Shown: one piece after another, positions 48,969 through 64,000 of the stretch
How the letters are laid out: every line of letters begins with the position of its first letter
Position numbering within the stretch: the first letter of the stretch is position 1
DNA from: Macrostomum lignano
Lineage: Eukaryota
Direction: 5' to 3'
Length of the DNA stretch: 64,000 bases
NCBI GenBank assembly: GCA_002269645.1
Contig: NIVC01000218.1
Location: forward strand, 266,407-330,406
Position numbers and translations under genes: made by a program
Notes under the pieces: generated by a model
Databases searched by the model: none
What the model saw: only the letters and a program-made list of their open reading frames with translations
What the model was told of the DNA's origin: nothing

Positions 48969-51900
48969 TTAAACGTCGGTGCACGGATCGCCATTCTCGT
49001 CCTCGAATGTGGCGCTGCAGTTCGCGGCCACTGGCGGCGGCAGCGACTCCAGTTTGGCTAGCGACGATCTGAAAGAATAGCTATTGCATGTGAATTAAGG
49101 ATTGTAGATTAGCTACTTGTACGTGTAAGTAACATATGATGCATCTGCTTATACGCTGTACATGTAAATGTAATTCTCCAGTAGTAAGTTAGTTTTACAT
49201 TCAACCATACTTGGGAAGCCAAACTGTCTCTGTAGTATACGAGCTAGCTAGTTTACGGGACTGTGAGCGTCGCTGACAGATATGTACTTTTAAATTACAT
49301 AGACGGATAGTGACATCATACGTCGGCTGAACGTCGGTGCAATGAAAAAGTGCACATCTGTCATCGAAACGTCATCGTTATAGACGTCGAAAATGTCGAC
49401 CGACATCGCCGAAGTCGGATTTCTATACGGGTGGTATTCGTGGGACTGTCCTAATGGGCAAGAGCAAGCCTCAACTTAGTGTGGCAGGTCAAGGAATCGA
49501 ACCTGGATACTTTGACGTGAAAAACGCTGAGCTACTCTGACTCAAGAAACTGAATTCTTCCCTAATTCTTTGAAGAAAATTCTTTGATTTATTTTGGGTA
49601 GCCTGCAAATCCAGGTAGTGTACTCTGAATGATCTGCTTGCATCTTCTTTGAGCTTCTGTCAACCCCCCAGCCCCTATAGCCATCCCAAAACTCACTTCC
49701 GTCTAGACTGGAACATTCGCCGGAAAGACTCTTTCAGCGTCGGCGTCGACTTGTGCGCCGATTGCAGCTGCGACGTCGTAGCCGTGCCGGCGGCGACTGT
49801 CGACGCGGCTGACGCTCGTCCCGCAGTGCGTCGCAGCCGCGGCCGGTCGTCAACAAACGTCGACGCCGATGCCGACGACGGTGCCGGCGAGGGTGCGGGC
49901 GAGTTTGACGGCGAAGGCGACACAGTGTCGCGCAGTATGTCGTTAGCCGATACGCACCTGTCGACGGAGCGCATCTGACGCGAAAGCCATCGGCTGCGCG
50001 TGCCCAGACTGATTGCGGGACTTCTTGGCGTGCGCTGTAACTGTTGCGGCTGCTGCTGCTGCTGCTGCTGCTGGTGGCACGCCTGCGTTTCCAGCGCAGT
50101 ACTCGAGCCGCCAAATTGAGACAGGCCGACAGCGTATCTGAAGGTTTGCACCGAAGGTACAAGTCCGGAATTTCTATTCTACGAGTTTTGCCTGCTTATC
50201 GATTGGACACAAATTGACAATCGACAAATGCTTCACATTATCATAAACAGCATTTCACCTTGTTGCCTGCTGTTTCTGCTGTCCGCTTGACGGTGTAGCC
50301 GATCTGCATCGGGCATTTGACGCGAGGAAATGGGCGCCACTGCCAGTTGAAATGGCCGACTGGTGGCAGCGCTTGCCAGGTAAAGCGGCTTCCCGAATGC
50401 CGCTAGCAGCTTCATCGGCGGCAGTCCAGTCTCCTCCGCTGCAGTTGCTGACAGCCGACGAGCGTGTCAACGAGCGAGACCGCTTCCATCTCTGTTGCTG
50501 CTGCTGCTGCTGTTGCTGCGCCTGTTTCAACGCCGTCTGAATTGAGAAGTTGAGCTCGTCAAGCAGACTGTGCAGCCTCGAGAGCAATCTGTCCAGTCCT
50601 AATCGGTCGCCGTGCGACTGTTGAGTATGGAGACTGAGCTGCCGCATCAGTAGCTGGTAGCGAGGCAGGCGCTGCACAGGTGTGAGCAGGAAGGCTGTCA
50701 GATCCAAGCCACCGCAGCTGGGATGCCGCTGCAGGCTGCTCAGCAGACAGCGAAACCTAGCCGAATGCTGCTGATATGCTCGAATAGTTCGAACTGCCGA
50801 GCCAAAATCGTTGGCATATCGTCTGTAGAGCTCGAACAGCTCGCCATTGTTTGCGTCCAGGAAGTCCAGGAAGACGTTGGCTAGAAAGATTTCGCCTGAC
50901 TGCTCGGCGTTACCGTCCGTCAGCTGGGTCTCCAGCAGGCCCAGAAAGGTCGAATGAAGGTCGTACAGACGCGGCAGGCACTTCGGGAAAATTAAACTGC
51001 AGGGTGCATGATTGAATTTGAAACGATTCGTTTATGTCTGTCAGTTTGTTTAAACAAATTAGTTTATTTGCCATCAATTTAAGGGTGCATTGTGGGTGTT
51101 TAACACTGTCTGAAAATCATAAGTATGCCAGAAAAATTGACCTATAAAATGCTTTCTGTAATAGTCCAAGTTTTCTAAGTAACGAATAGAAAAAAAGTAC
51201 AGAATGTACTGAAAAGAAAAACATTTTCTGCCTAACTCTGTTTCCGTGCGTGCGTAAAAGGGCGTGTCCTCACGCCGGCTCATTCAATCCATTAATTGTG
51301 CAACTACACGCATATTGATCGATTATTTGGCCCGCCGTGTCAGCGGCTCATAGTTTTACATTGGTGCCAAGTTCATGGGTTTTAATGATGGGTACACTGG
51401 CATTGACTGATGGGGCTTCACACTGAGAAGGCGGATGCTGGGCAGTTTGGGGTGATGGGGCAGAACGAGTAAGATTCGATGAATAATCTGTATGGATTAT
51501 GATTTGATTCTAATAGCTAATTCAAGATTGTAAGACAGGTGAGACACGTGAGATTAGACAAATAAAAAGGTGAGATAGATGAGATTAGATAGATAAGAAA
51601 GGTGAAACAGGTGAGATTAGATAACAAAGAAATTTAGACAGGTGAGATAAGATGCAAAAATTTGCAAAATAATATTACGTCTGTACGATCTAGATTTTAT
51701 GCTTCTTTCCTGATAGAGCGAATTAGTGCTGGTTGCTACCACCCTTTCTGTCTAATCCGGGCCTGTCTCTCTATCTGAGGCAAATGCCTTTTCAGCCTTC
51801 AGCTTTAAGGATGAAGCCAAACTAGCATTAAGACAGTGTGGATTCACAGGGGATTAAGCAGACCGGAATGATGAGGCTTGTGCAGTCCAGAGGATAGACA

Positions 51901-54900
51901 CGGATGAGTTGGCCAGCTCCTGCTAACTAATTACGGCTGCGATGTGACCGCCGAGGTGATAAAATGATGCACCAAGAAAGGGGAAAAGGAATGCAAAAGG
52001 TTCGACAGTAAAAGGAAGGAGAGAAACACACAGAGAGAGGTGAGAGAAACTCACAGAGAGAGGTGAGAGAAACACACAGAGAGAGGAGAGAGAAACACAT
52101 AGAGAGAGGTGAGAGAAACACACAGAGAGAGGTGAGAGAAACTCACAGAGAGAGGTGAGAGAAACACACAGAGAGAGGTGAGAGAAACTCACAGAGAGAG
52201 GTGAGAGAAACTCACAGAGAGAGGTGAGAGAAACACACAGAGAGAGGAGAGAGAAACTCACAGAGAGAGGTGAGAGAAACACATAGAGAGAGGAGAGAGA
52301 AACACACAGAGAGAGGAGAGAGAAACACACAGAGAGAGGAGAGAGAAACACACAGAGAGAGGTGAGAGAAACACACAGAGAGAGGTGAGAGAAACACACA
52401 GAGAGAGGTGAGAGAAACACACAGAGAGAGGTGAGAGAAACTCACAGAGAGAGGTGAGAGAAACACACAGAGAGAGGTGAGAGAAACTCACAGAGAGAGG
52501 TGAGAGAAACACACAGAGAGAGGTGAGAGAAACACACAGAGAGAGGTGAGAGAAACACACAGAGAGAGGTGAGAGAAACACACAGAGAGAGGTGAGAGAA
52601 ACACACAGAGAGAGGTGAGAGAAACTCACAGAGAGAGGTGAGAGAAACACACAGAGAGAGGTGAGAGAAACACACAGAGAGAGGTGAGAGAAACTCACAG
52701 AGAGAGGTGAGAGAAACACACAGAGAGAGGTGAGAGAAACACACAGAGAGAGGTGAGAGAAACTCACAGAGAGAGGTGAGAGAAACTCACAGAGAGAGGT
52801 GAGAGAAACACACAGAGAGAGGTGAGAGAAACACACAGAGAGAGGTGAGAGAAACACACAGAGAGAGGTGAGAGAAACTCACAGAGAGAGGTGAGAGAAA
52901 CACACAGAGAGAGGTGAGAGAAACTCACAGAGTGAGGTGAGAGAAACTCACAGAGAGAGGTGAGAGAAACTCACAGAGTGAGGTGAGAGAAACTCACAGA
53001 GTGAGGTGAGAGAAACACACAGAGAGAGGTGAGAGAAACTCACAGAGAGAGGTGAGAGAAACACACAGAGAGAGGTGAGAGAAACTCACAGAGTGAGGTG
53101 AGAGAAACTCACAGAGTGAGGTGAGAGAAACACACAGAGAGAGGAGAGAGAAACACACAGAGAGAGGTGAGAGAAACACACAGAGAGAGGAGAGAGAAAC
53201 ACACAGAGAGAGGTGAGAGAAACACACAGAGAGAGGTGAGAGAAACACACAGAGAGAGGAGAGAGAAACACACAGAGAGAGGTGAGAGAAACTCACAGAG
53301 AGAGGTGAGAGAAACACACAGAGAGAGGTGAGAGAAACACACAGAGAGAGGTGAGAGAAACACACAGAGAGAGGTGAGAGAAACACACAGAGTGAGGTGA
53401 GACAAACACAGAGTGAGGTGAGTAAACACTCACGTGTTTAAGGGAATGTGTTGCGAGCTGTCAGAAACGTCAAGAAAGTTCTGCCACTTCGGAAACAAGA
53501 ATTTCTAGCGCTGCCAGAGCCTCAACAAGCTGAGACATTTAGAAAGCAAGGTTAATTTTATTAATTGCGTGACAGAGTTCATGCCAGACATTTCTGAGAG
53601 ACACTTCCTGAGACGGGAAGCTTGATTTCTTATCAATAATTTATGTTCAGTGAATCAACTCAATGCAATTGAAAGGCTTGGCACTAATTTAGCACGCAGC
53701 TATTACTCACCATAAATCCTTCATGGAGATGAAGCTGGCAGATTTGAGCGTTTCGGCGATTAAATCAATCACTGTCCACAGGTCCGAGCAGTAACGCCTC
53801 TCTGTCTCCACGATTTCTTGGCAGATTCTGCGCCTCTTATCTGTAAAAGTACACGAGGGTTCGGCGGTTAATGAGACTTGCAAAAGATTCAGAGGTCAGC
53901 GCCTTCATTTTGAAGTTTGATGCGGTTTTTTTAGGGTCAATGTCAGTCAATACTGCAGTGTGACATTGTGAGATCAGTTTCAGTCAATACAGTGTGACAT
54001 TGTGAGATCAGTTTCAGTCAATACAGTGTGACATTGTGAGATCAGTTTCAGTCAATACAGTGTGACAATCTGAGGTCAGTTTCAGTCAATACAGTGTGAC
54101 AATCTGAGGTCAATGTCAGCCAATACAGTGTGACATTGTGAGGTCAGTTTCAGGTCAACACAGTGTGACATTCTGACACTGACATTACAGTGTCCAATTC
54201 TAACAGACTGGCACAAAAGTCTCACCCGAAAGCTGCTGGGACACCTTCTGCTTCTGGTGCTGCTCCCCAGTCGTGCCACTGATGATGCTGCCTCCGTTTG
54301 AGCACTCGGACAGCCTGTCCGTGAGATCCTGCAGTTGAGATCGATAGATACTAAGTAGAGCATATACCCAATCTGAGTAGACTATACTCAACCTGAGTAG
54401 ACTATACTCAACCTGAGTAGACTATACTCAACCTGAGTAGACTATACTCAACCTGAGTAGACTATACTCAATCTGAGTAGACTATACTCAACCTGAGTAG
54501 ACTATACTCAACCTGAGTAGACTATACTCAACCTGAGTAGACTATACTCAATCTGAGTAGACTATACTCAATCTGAGTAGACTATACTCAATCTGAGTAG
54601 ACTATACTCAATCTGAGTAGACTATACTCAATCTGAGTAGACTATACTCAATCTGAGTAGACTACATTCCCAAAGTCATTTCTCACCTCCTCATCTCCCT
54701 GCCGATGTTCAGCATCGAATCGACAGTCAGGCGAGCAGCCACCGGTGACCTGCTGAGCCGCCAGAGCCCGCGACATCCTCAAAGTTTTCTCGGCCACCAC
54801 GTGACCAGAGCTTGTAGCTAGAAAATTTATTTCCAGTTACAGAATAATATTGTTAATCCAGTTAAATACATATAGTCCAGATTTCAGTTTGGTTCTCAAA

Positions 54901-57900
54901 GTTTAGAAAGTACAAGCTGGATACAAAGCAGAGAGGAGTTGCTGAATGTGAACAGGAGGTGTAGCAAAGGAGAAGAGGTCAGCTTGAGGACACGGGGAGA
55001 GGGGTGGCTGGGCCAAACTTGCACAAGAGAAGATTCTGTAGGACTTCGGATTGGAGGAGCCAGAGAGGCTCTCAGTGATTGCCTTTGGCCCATACTCTGC
55101 TTTGGCGTGCCGCGTACAGACGGACCTCGGCAGGTCCAGCGCTTCCTTTAGCGCAGCTTTTTAGAGCGTGCGTGCACTTTGCACTGATCCATCGATTGGA
55201 ATTAATCGAATCTGACAGATGCTCAAGGAGCGAGAGTGTTAATAAGAGGAGCGAGGGCAGTAAGTGAGATTCTGATGAAGTAGGAATGGAGTCTGCAACT
55301 GGTCAAAGGGGATTAGAATGTGATTTGGGAGAGGGGGGCAGAGAAAGGATGAGAGGGAGAGGTGGGAGAATAGGGGAGAGATGAGAGGGAGAGGTGGGAG
55401 AATAGGGGAGAGATGAGAGGGAGAGGTGGGAGAATAGGGGAGAGATGAGAGGGAGAGGTGGGAGAATAGGGGAGAGATGAGAGGTGGGAGAATAGGGGAG
55501 AGATGAGAGGGACAGATTGGAGAATAGGGGACAGATGAGAGGGAGAGGTGGGAGAATAGGGGACAGATGAGAGGGACAGATGGGAAAATAGGGGAGAGAT
55601 GAGAGGGACAGATGGGAGAATAGGGGAGAGATGAGAGGGACAGATGGGAGAATAGGGGAGAGATGAGAGGGACAGATGGGAGAATAGGGGAGAGATGAGA
55701 GGTGGGAGAATAGGGGAGAGATGAGAGGTGGGAGAATAGGGGAGAGATGAGAGGGAGATGTGGGAGAATAGGGGAGATATGAGAGGGAGAGGTGGGAGAA
55801 TAGGGGAGAGATGAGAGGGAGAGGTGGGAGAATAGGGGAGAGATGAGAGGTGGGAGAATAGGGGAGAGATGAGAGGGAGAGGTGGGAGAATAGGGGAGAG
55901 ATGAGAGGTGGGAGAATAGAGAAGAGATGAGAGGGAGATGTGGGAGAATAGGGGAGAGATGAGAGGGAGATGTGGGAGAATAGGGGAGAGATGAGAGGTG
56001 GGAGAATAGGGGAGAGATGAGAGGTGGGAGAATAGGGGAGAGATGAGAGGGAGATGTGGGAGAATAGGGGAGATATGAGAGGGAGAGGTGGGAGAATAGG
56101 GGAGAGATGAGAGGGAGAGGTGGGAGAATAGGGGAGAGATGAGAGGGAGAGGTGGGAGAATAGGGGAGAGATGAGAGGGAGAGGTGGGAGAATAGGGAAG
56201 AGATGAGAGGGAGATGTGGGATAATAGGGGAGAGATGAGAGTTGGGAGAATAGGGGAGAGATGAGAGGTGGGAGAATAGGGGAGAGATGAGAGGGAGAGG
56301 TGGGAGAATAGGGGAGAGATGAGAGGTGGGAGAATAGGGAAGAGATGAGAGGGAGATGTGGGAGAATAGGGGAGAGATGAGAGGGAGATGTGGGAGAATA
56401 GGGGAGAGATGAGAGGTGGGAGAATAGGGGAGAGATGAGAGGTGGGAGAATAGGGGAGAGATGAGAGGTGGGAGAATAGGGGAGAGATGAGAGGTGGGAG
56501 AATAGGGGAGAGATGAGAGGTGGGAGAATAGGGGAGAGATGAGAGGTGGGAGAATAGGGGAGAGATGAGAGGTGGGAGAATAGGGGAGAGATGAGAGGTG
56601 GGAGAATAGGGGAGAGATGAGAGTTGGGAGAATAGGGGAGAGATGAGAGGTGGGAGAATAGGGGAGAGATGAGAGTTGGGAGAATAGGGGAGAGATGAGA
56701 GGTGGGAGAACAGGGGAGAGATGAGAGGTGGGAGAACAGGGGAGAGATGAGAGTTGGGAGAATAGGGGAGAGATGAGAGGTGGGAGAATAGGGGAGAGAT
56801 GAGAGGTGGGAGAATAGGACGTTGGACAAAAGCGGTTAAATTCGGTTTCCCACCAGATCTGCCGCTGGGGCCGCTGCAGTAAAATTTCTTTCAGTTTCTA
56901 TCGAAGGAAATGGAGCCCAAACCTCCCACAGCCTTCGAATGTCGTAGTTTATTTTCCAGAATTTTTTCTGATTTTATCGAATATGGCTAGCGATGGGGAA
57001 AATGTCGAAAATGTCACACCGGGATGGCGGCTGGGACCTTGATAGTTTATTTTCGTTCTAACCTGTACGACTTGGCTTGTGTGGAAAATCAAAATTGCAT
57101 TGGGATCTGGGCTAATCTCTTGCCGAAATGAATGGAATGTTGGACAATATATGCCAGGGATAAAGATTGGAGACGCTATGTGGCTTCAGTTAGTAAAGTT
57201 TTATAACGGTTTAATCTTCATCTAGATAAAACGTTAGATTGCTATAGTTGTTGAAAATAAAAAAACTGATTGCTGTTGAAATTTAGGAGAGTGAGGGTGG
57301 ACACAATACATGAGAGTGGAGGATAGAGAGGTAGAGACGGAGAGAGAAGTGTTCGGAGGATTCGTTAGGGGCAGAGAGAGGTAGAGGGTAAGGATTTAGA
57401 GAGGGGGTGGAGGGTAAAGAGGGGATGGAGAATAGAGAAAGAATGGAGGGTAGAGAGGGATGGAGAGTAGAGAGGGGATGGAGGGTAGAGAGGGGATGGA
57501 GGGTAGAGAGGGAATGGAGGGTAAAGAGGGGATGGAGGGTAGAGAGGAGATGGAGGATAGAGAAAGAATGGAGGGTAGAGAGAGGATGGAGAGTAGAGAG
57601 GGGATGGAGGGTAGAGAGGGGATGGAGGGTAGAGAGGGGATGGAGGGTAGAGAGGGGATGGAGGGTAGAGAGGGGATGGAGGGTAGAGAGGGGATGGAGT
57701 GTAGAGATCCCACTTACTGGGTCCTTGAGAATCGCAGCAGCTTGCTGGAAGAAAGTTATCGTTGCCATGGAAACAGGATGGCGTGCAGGTGCCTGGCCGG
57801 CCGCTGTCCGGACTGAGAGGAGTCGGACAGCTGTAGGGATTTGAGAGCAGCGGTGTCTGGCAGGCGGCGCTGGTGATGAGGGAAAATTGATATTAGGAGA

Positions 57901-59853
57901 ATGAATAGAAGGTGAGATGAAATGTAAATATGAACTGTTTGAACTTTTAACACTACGAGTATGACCTCCATGAGCGCTATGACCACTATGACCTCCATGA
58001 AAACTATGATCACTAAGACCACTGTGACCACTATGACTGCTATACCTCCATGACCACTATGACCACCATGACCACTATGACCACTATGACCACTATGACC
58101 ACTATGACCACTATGATCACTATGACCACTATGACCAACATGACCACTATGACCACTATGACCAATATGACCACCATGACCACTATGACCAGACTATTGT
58201 GACCTACACGCAGCTCGTATAAGACCTCTAAGTCTAGTTTCCATCCCTATGATCTCTATAATCTGTATAGTTGCAGTGACAAAACCTTCATAACCTTCGT
58301 GACAAGCTCTCACCTTTCCCTCTCCATCACCGGCTGCTTCTCCAGCTTCTCCTGCTGCTCCGACTGAACCCGATCCAGCCGATCAACCTGACCTTCCAGC
58401 CTCCGCTGATGCAGCTCAAGCGATTCAACTCGATTGAGAACGCTGGACAGCTGCTCCTGCAACAGAGACAACAGCAGCTGTGACAGCAGAACTATTCGTG
58501 CGAAACACCATAGTAGAAAAGTGGCTAAACTATCTGACAAGTCAGGCATTGGTTGACAGCTCGAAATATTGATTGGTAATATAGAAAATACAAACTATAT
58601 AGTAGCATACAGTGTATGTGTGCTATTGATTTATAAACTTCTATGCATTCAATCCAGCATCCAATTATATAGAGGTGAATAGGAAAGTTCCGGCAGCAGG
58701 TAATTGGAAAGCTCTCCATCCCATCCAGTATGAATTATCCAGATTTGGGGATTTGGGGAATAGGGGATAGAGGTGCTGGTTACTATTTGTGTGTGTGTGC
58801 GTGTGTGTTCCAGCGATTTAACCATTTACGTGACAGAAATGTGGAATAAAGTACATTTTTGTTGGAAGGAAAGGGGAGATAAAGAGGGAGAGAGGGAGAG
58901 ATGGAGAGGGGAGAGGAGAGGGAGAGAGGGAAAAGGAGAGAGGGAAAGGGAGAGAGGGAAAGGGAGAGAGGGAAAGGGAGAGAGGGAAAGGGAGAGAGGG
59001 AAAGGGAGAGAGGGAAAGGGAGAGAGGGAAAGGGAGAGAGGGAAAGGGAGAGAGGGAAAGGGAGAGAGGGAAAGGGAGAGAGGGAAAGGGAGAGAGGGAA
59101 AGGGAGAGAGGGAAAGGGAGAGAGGGAGAGGGAGAGGGAGAGAGGGAAAGGGAGAGAGGGAAAGGGAGAGAGGGAAAGGGAGAGAGGGAAAGGGAGAGAG
59201 GGAAAGGGAGAGAGGGAAAGGGAGAGAGGGAGAGGGAGAGGGAGAGAGGGAAAGGGAGAGAGGGAAAGGGAGAGAGGGAGAGGGAGAGAGTGAGAGAGTG
59301 AGAGAGGGCGAGAAGTGGTGAGGGAGAAAAGGCGAGAGAGGGGAGATAGGAGAAAGAGAGAGAGGGGGAGAGAGAGAAGGGAAAAGAGGCAGAGATGAGA
59401 AGTGCAGAGACGCAGAGGTGACAAATAAGGAATGCGAGCCCAACACTGCAGATCATATGAACTCCCAGATTCCTCATGTATGTCTAACACGCTAAAATGG
59501 GAAATCTACTTTAGTGTAAGCTCGTGCATGCAGTTGCAGTATTAAAATTTAATAAATACAACTCCAGCACAAGATCGCGAACGCACCCGCATCTGATTGA
59601 CAGCCGTCTGAAGTGCCTCCATCTTCTGGCTCGTAGCCGCTTCGGTGCCGTTCAATCGCCTTTGAAACTCTTCATCCTGATGCTGGATGCTGGACAGCTG
59701 CTTCATCGCCTCGGCGAATCCGTCTTTGACATCTTCAACTAGCAGGGACAGATTGTCTAGTGAGAAGGCCAGGTCGCTGTCCCGACCAGCTCCTGGCGAT
59801 GTCGGCGTGACATCCGAGCCTGCGACGCTGGCACCGCACACCGACGATGACAT
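48969..59853 (-). CDS. ARHGEF33: Dbl-family RhoGEF: N-terminal coiled coil + DH domain, no PH domain, C-terminal PDZ-binding motif; ARHGEF33-like, ~734 aa from the ATG at 59853
   Basis: Phase-consistent exons 59877/59853-59587, 58456-58314, 57869-57718, 54817-54687, 54328-54226, 53840-53711, 50996-50259, 50137-49697, 49068-48969 (2205 nt from the ATG). DH motifs KRRRICQEIVETERRYCSDL and LTAFLLTPVQRLPRYQLLM. N-terminal VKDGFAEAMKQLSSIQH resembles human ARHGEF33 LKTGFTEAMQELSRIQH (from memory). Ends in CTDV*. Confidence 0.85.
49485..49550 (-). mobile_element. Degenerate tRNA-derived element
   Basis: Minus strand GTAGCTCAGCG...GGTTCGATTCC (A/B-box-like). No full cloverleaf. Confidence 0.35.
52015..53420. 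repeat. 23-bp minisatellite (GAGAGAAACACACAGAGAGAGGT)n
   Basis: 23-aa periodic ORFs (3 x 23 nt). Confidence 0.95.
53940..54190. repeat. 34-bp minisatellite (GTGTGACATTGTGAGATCAGTTTCAGTCAATACA)n
   Basis: Units at 53958, 53992 and onward, decaying. Confidence 0.9.
54370..54662. repeat. 20-bp minisatellite (ACCTGAGTAGACTATACTCA)n with internal palindrome TGAGTA-5-TACTCA
   Basis: ~14 exact units. Confidence 0.95.
55320..56820. repeat. Polypurine minisatellite (GGGAGAATAGGGGAGAGATGAGAGGT; 26/33-bp variants)
   Basis: Visible array. ORF 55303-56829 is its translation. Confidence 0.95.
57370..57700. repeat. 18-bp polypurine minisatellite (GGGATGGAGGGTAGAGAG)n
   Basis: 6-aa periodic ORFs. Confidence 0.9.
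57960..58195. repeat. 9-bp tandem repeat (TGACCACTA)n
   Basis: Visible array. Confidence 0.9.
58880..59400. repeat. 14-bp pure-purine minisatellite (GGGAAAGGGAGAGA)n
   Basis: About 450 nt of almost pure A/G. Confidence 0.95.
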
Positions 59854-60305
59854 GCTGCTGTTTGACTTGGCTAGCTTCTAGAAGAGGATAGCAGAAAGTC
59901 TGCCAAGAAAACCAGCAGAAAACTTATACCCAGAAAAGCAAGGGTCAGTCAAGGCCACACTTATATTTTGTATCTTGCTTTTTTGGTCTTTCAGTCTATT
60001 GTGCCCCAAATTTGGTTTGGTTGGTTGAGAAAAGAAGAAAAAAACTGGCTACCTGTAACTTCATATTGTCGGCTGCTATTGAGCTATATAGGACCGCAGC
60101 AACGTGTGCTTCGTAGGTTTGCCACTAAATTCTCTGAAACAGTACGAGATACTGGCTTGGAAGGGTGCTGCTTGGTCTCACAGATCTGCTGAGACTGCAG
60201 GGCAACGGGCAAATGTACTCTCTGTGATGCCTCTGTTTTCTCGCTTTCTCGTTTTCTCATCTCATCTCTACCTTTCTGTCTGTCCCTTTCTCTCTTTTAA
60301 CGCAG

Positions 60306-62775
<2,470 letters not shown>

Positions 62776-62792
<17 letters not shown>

Positions 62793-63012
62793 CCAATACA
62801 CACTGATGCAGGAATAGAATGGATTGCTAATCTAGCCAATACACACTGATGCAGGAATAGAATGGATTGCTAATCTAGCCAATACGCACTGATGCAGGAA
62901 TAGAATGGATTGCTAATCTAGCCAATACGCACTGATGCAGGAATAGAATGGATTGCTAATCTAGCCAATACACACTGATGCAGGAATAGAATGGATTGCT
63001 AATCCAGCCAAT
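62776..63012. repeat. 43-bp minisatellite (AATGGATTGCTAATCTAGCCAATACACACTGATGCAGGAATAG)x~5.5
   Basis: 43-nt period (62821, 62864). Confidence 0.95.
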
Positions 63013-64000
63013 CAAGTTACTTATAATAGGTTTTCCTTACGAGTTCATTACGAGTAGATTAAGAGGGGCACTTACTCAGCGCTTTGATGATACATGACTC
63101 TGTTTAGCGGGTAACTCATAGAAACTTCTCAGTTAATAAATCGATAACATCGAGACTGCATTGCGAACTTTTTATCAATACTGTAGGAAATTAATAAATC
63201 AATAAAGAGCAACTACGCTGTGGACAGTGAGTGGTGAAGCAACGAAACTCTCTAGAGAAATAGTTGAACAGATTGAGTTTTGTTGATTAATAAACCTTGA
63301 TCCGACAAGGAATATAAAGGGACATGTATATTTATGCATAACTGAGATTACATTGCCGCATTGAAAATACGGGATAAAGACATTGTGAGACTTAGAATGA
63401 GATTAAGTGAGATTCTTGTGTAAGATTGGTTTTGTTACACTAAGCTTCTTTAATGAGATTAGATTAGAAGAGGAGTTGAGATGAGATGAAGTGATATTTT
63501 TAAAATGAAATTAGATAAGATTTATTAATATTAGACTAGATGTAGTAGGATTAGCTGAGACTTACTGAGATTAAATTAGATGGGGAGATTAGATGAGATT
63601 TAAGAACAAATTTACTGATATTAGATGACACTCACTGAGATTATATGACTCTCACTGAGATTAGATGACTCTCACTGAGATAAGATTGCTCTCACTGAGA
63701 TTACACGAGACTTGTTGAGATTGGATAAGATTTATTGAGATTATATTAGATTATCGGGGCGAGATAGCGAGACCAAGGACCACTAGAAGATTACGTTACT
63801 TTATTAGTCATTGAATGAGACAAATCTAAATAAGGACTAGAAAGGGACATCGGTACGGAAGTTACAGGGGCTACTAAAAAGTAAAAAACATGCTAATTTT
63901 GTGACTTTTTATGCATCCATCTTGTCAATGAAAGCAAAAATAAATTTATTTAAACTACCTAAAGTAGTAAAATAGCAAATATTCAGCAAATAATTTATTT

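Noticed and set aside
49290-49430. CpG-rich patch with AACGTCGGTGCA also found in the RhoGEF last exon; possible alternative terminal exon
   Set aside because: The acceptor is weak, the shared match is only 12 nt, and no clear domain is encoded. Not supportable without RNA data.
55303-56829. 508-aa Pro/Ser/Leu ORF, and similar ORFs at 7307-7999, 19760-20977, 51923-53429, 58773-59490
   Set aside because: All coincide with intronic minisatellites.

Overview
Eukaryotic (metazoan) genomic DNA with GT-AG introns. GC-rich, poly-Q/S/A-rich exons sit among introns filled with minisatellites. This style suggests a flatworm such as Macrostomum lignano, which is an inference and was not verified. By hand-splicing with phase checks I recover four protein genes: a BTB-BACK-PHR-like gene (+, 17669-21573), CDK11/PITSLRE kinase (+, 23634-27107, N-terminus uncertain), an 11-exon eIF4G (-, 30810-45246) and a 9-exon DH-only RhoGEF resembling ARHGEF33 (-, 48969-59853). 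A partial spectrin-repeat-like gene is on the minus strand at about 5.3-10.4 kb. Mobile DNA includes an internally deleted mariner with ~200-bp inverted ends, a Crypton-type tyrosine-recombinase element with an in-frame catalytic deletion and paired hairpin sites, two MITEs with target-site duplications, and a ~420-bp block shared by two adjacent eIF4G introns. The least obvious signals are two tandem box C/D snoRNAs with a shared guide in eIF4G intron 4, a 28-bp minisatellite at three loci always in the same orientation to transcription, and first exons that begin at phase-0 acceptors, compatible with a spliced-leader-supplied AUG. Most long ORFs in the supplied track are translations of tandem repeats. 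There is no CRISPR array and no rRNA. All calls are by eye, and reference-protein comparisons are from memory.
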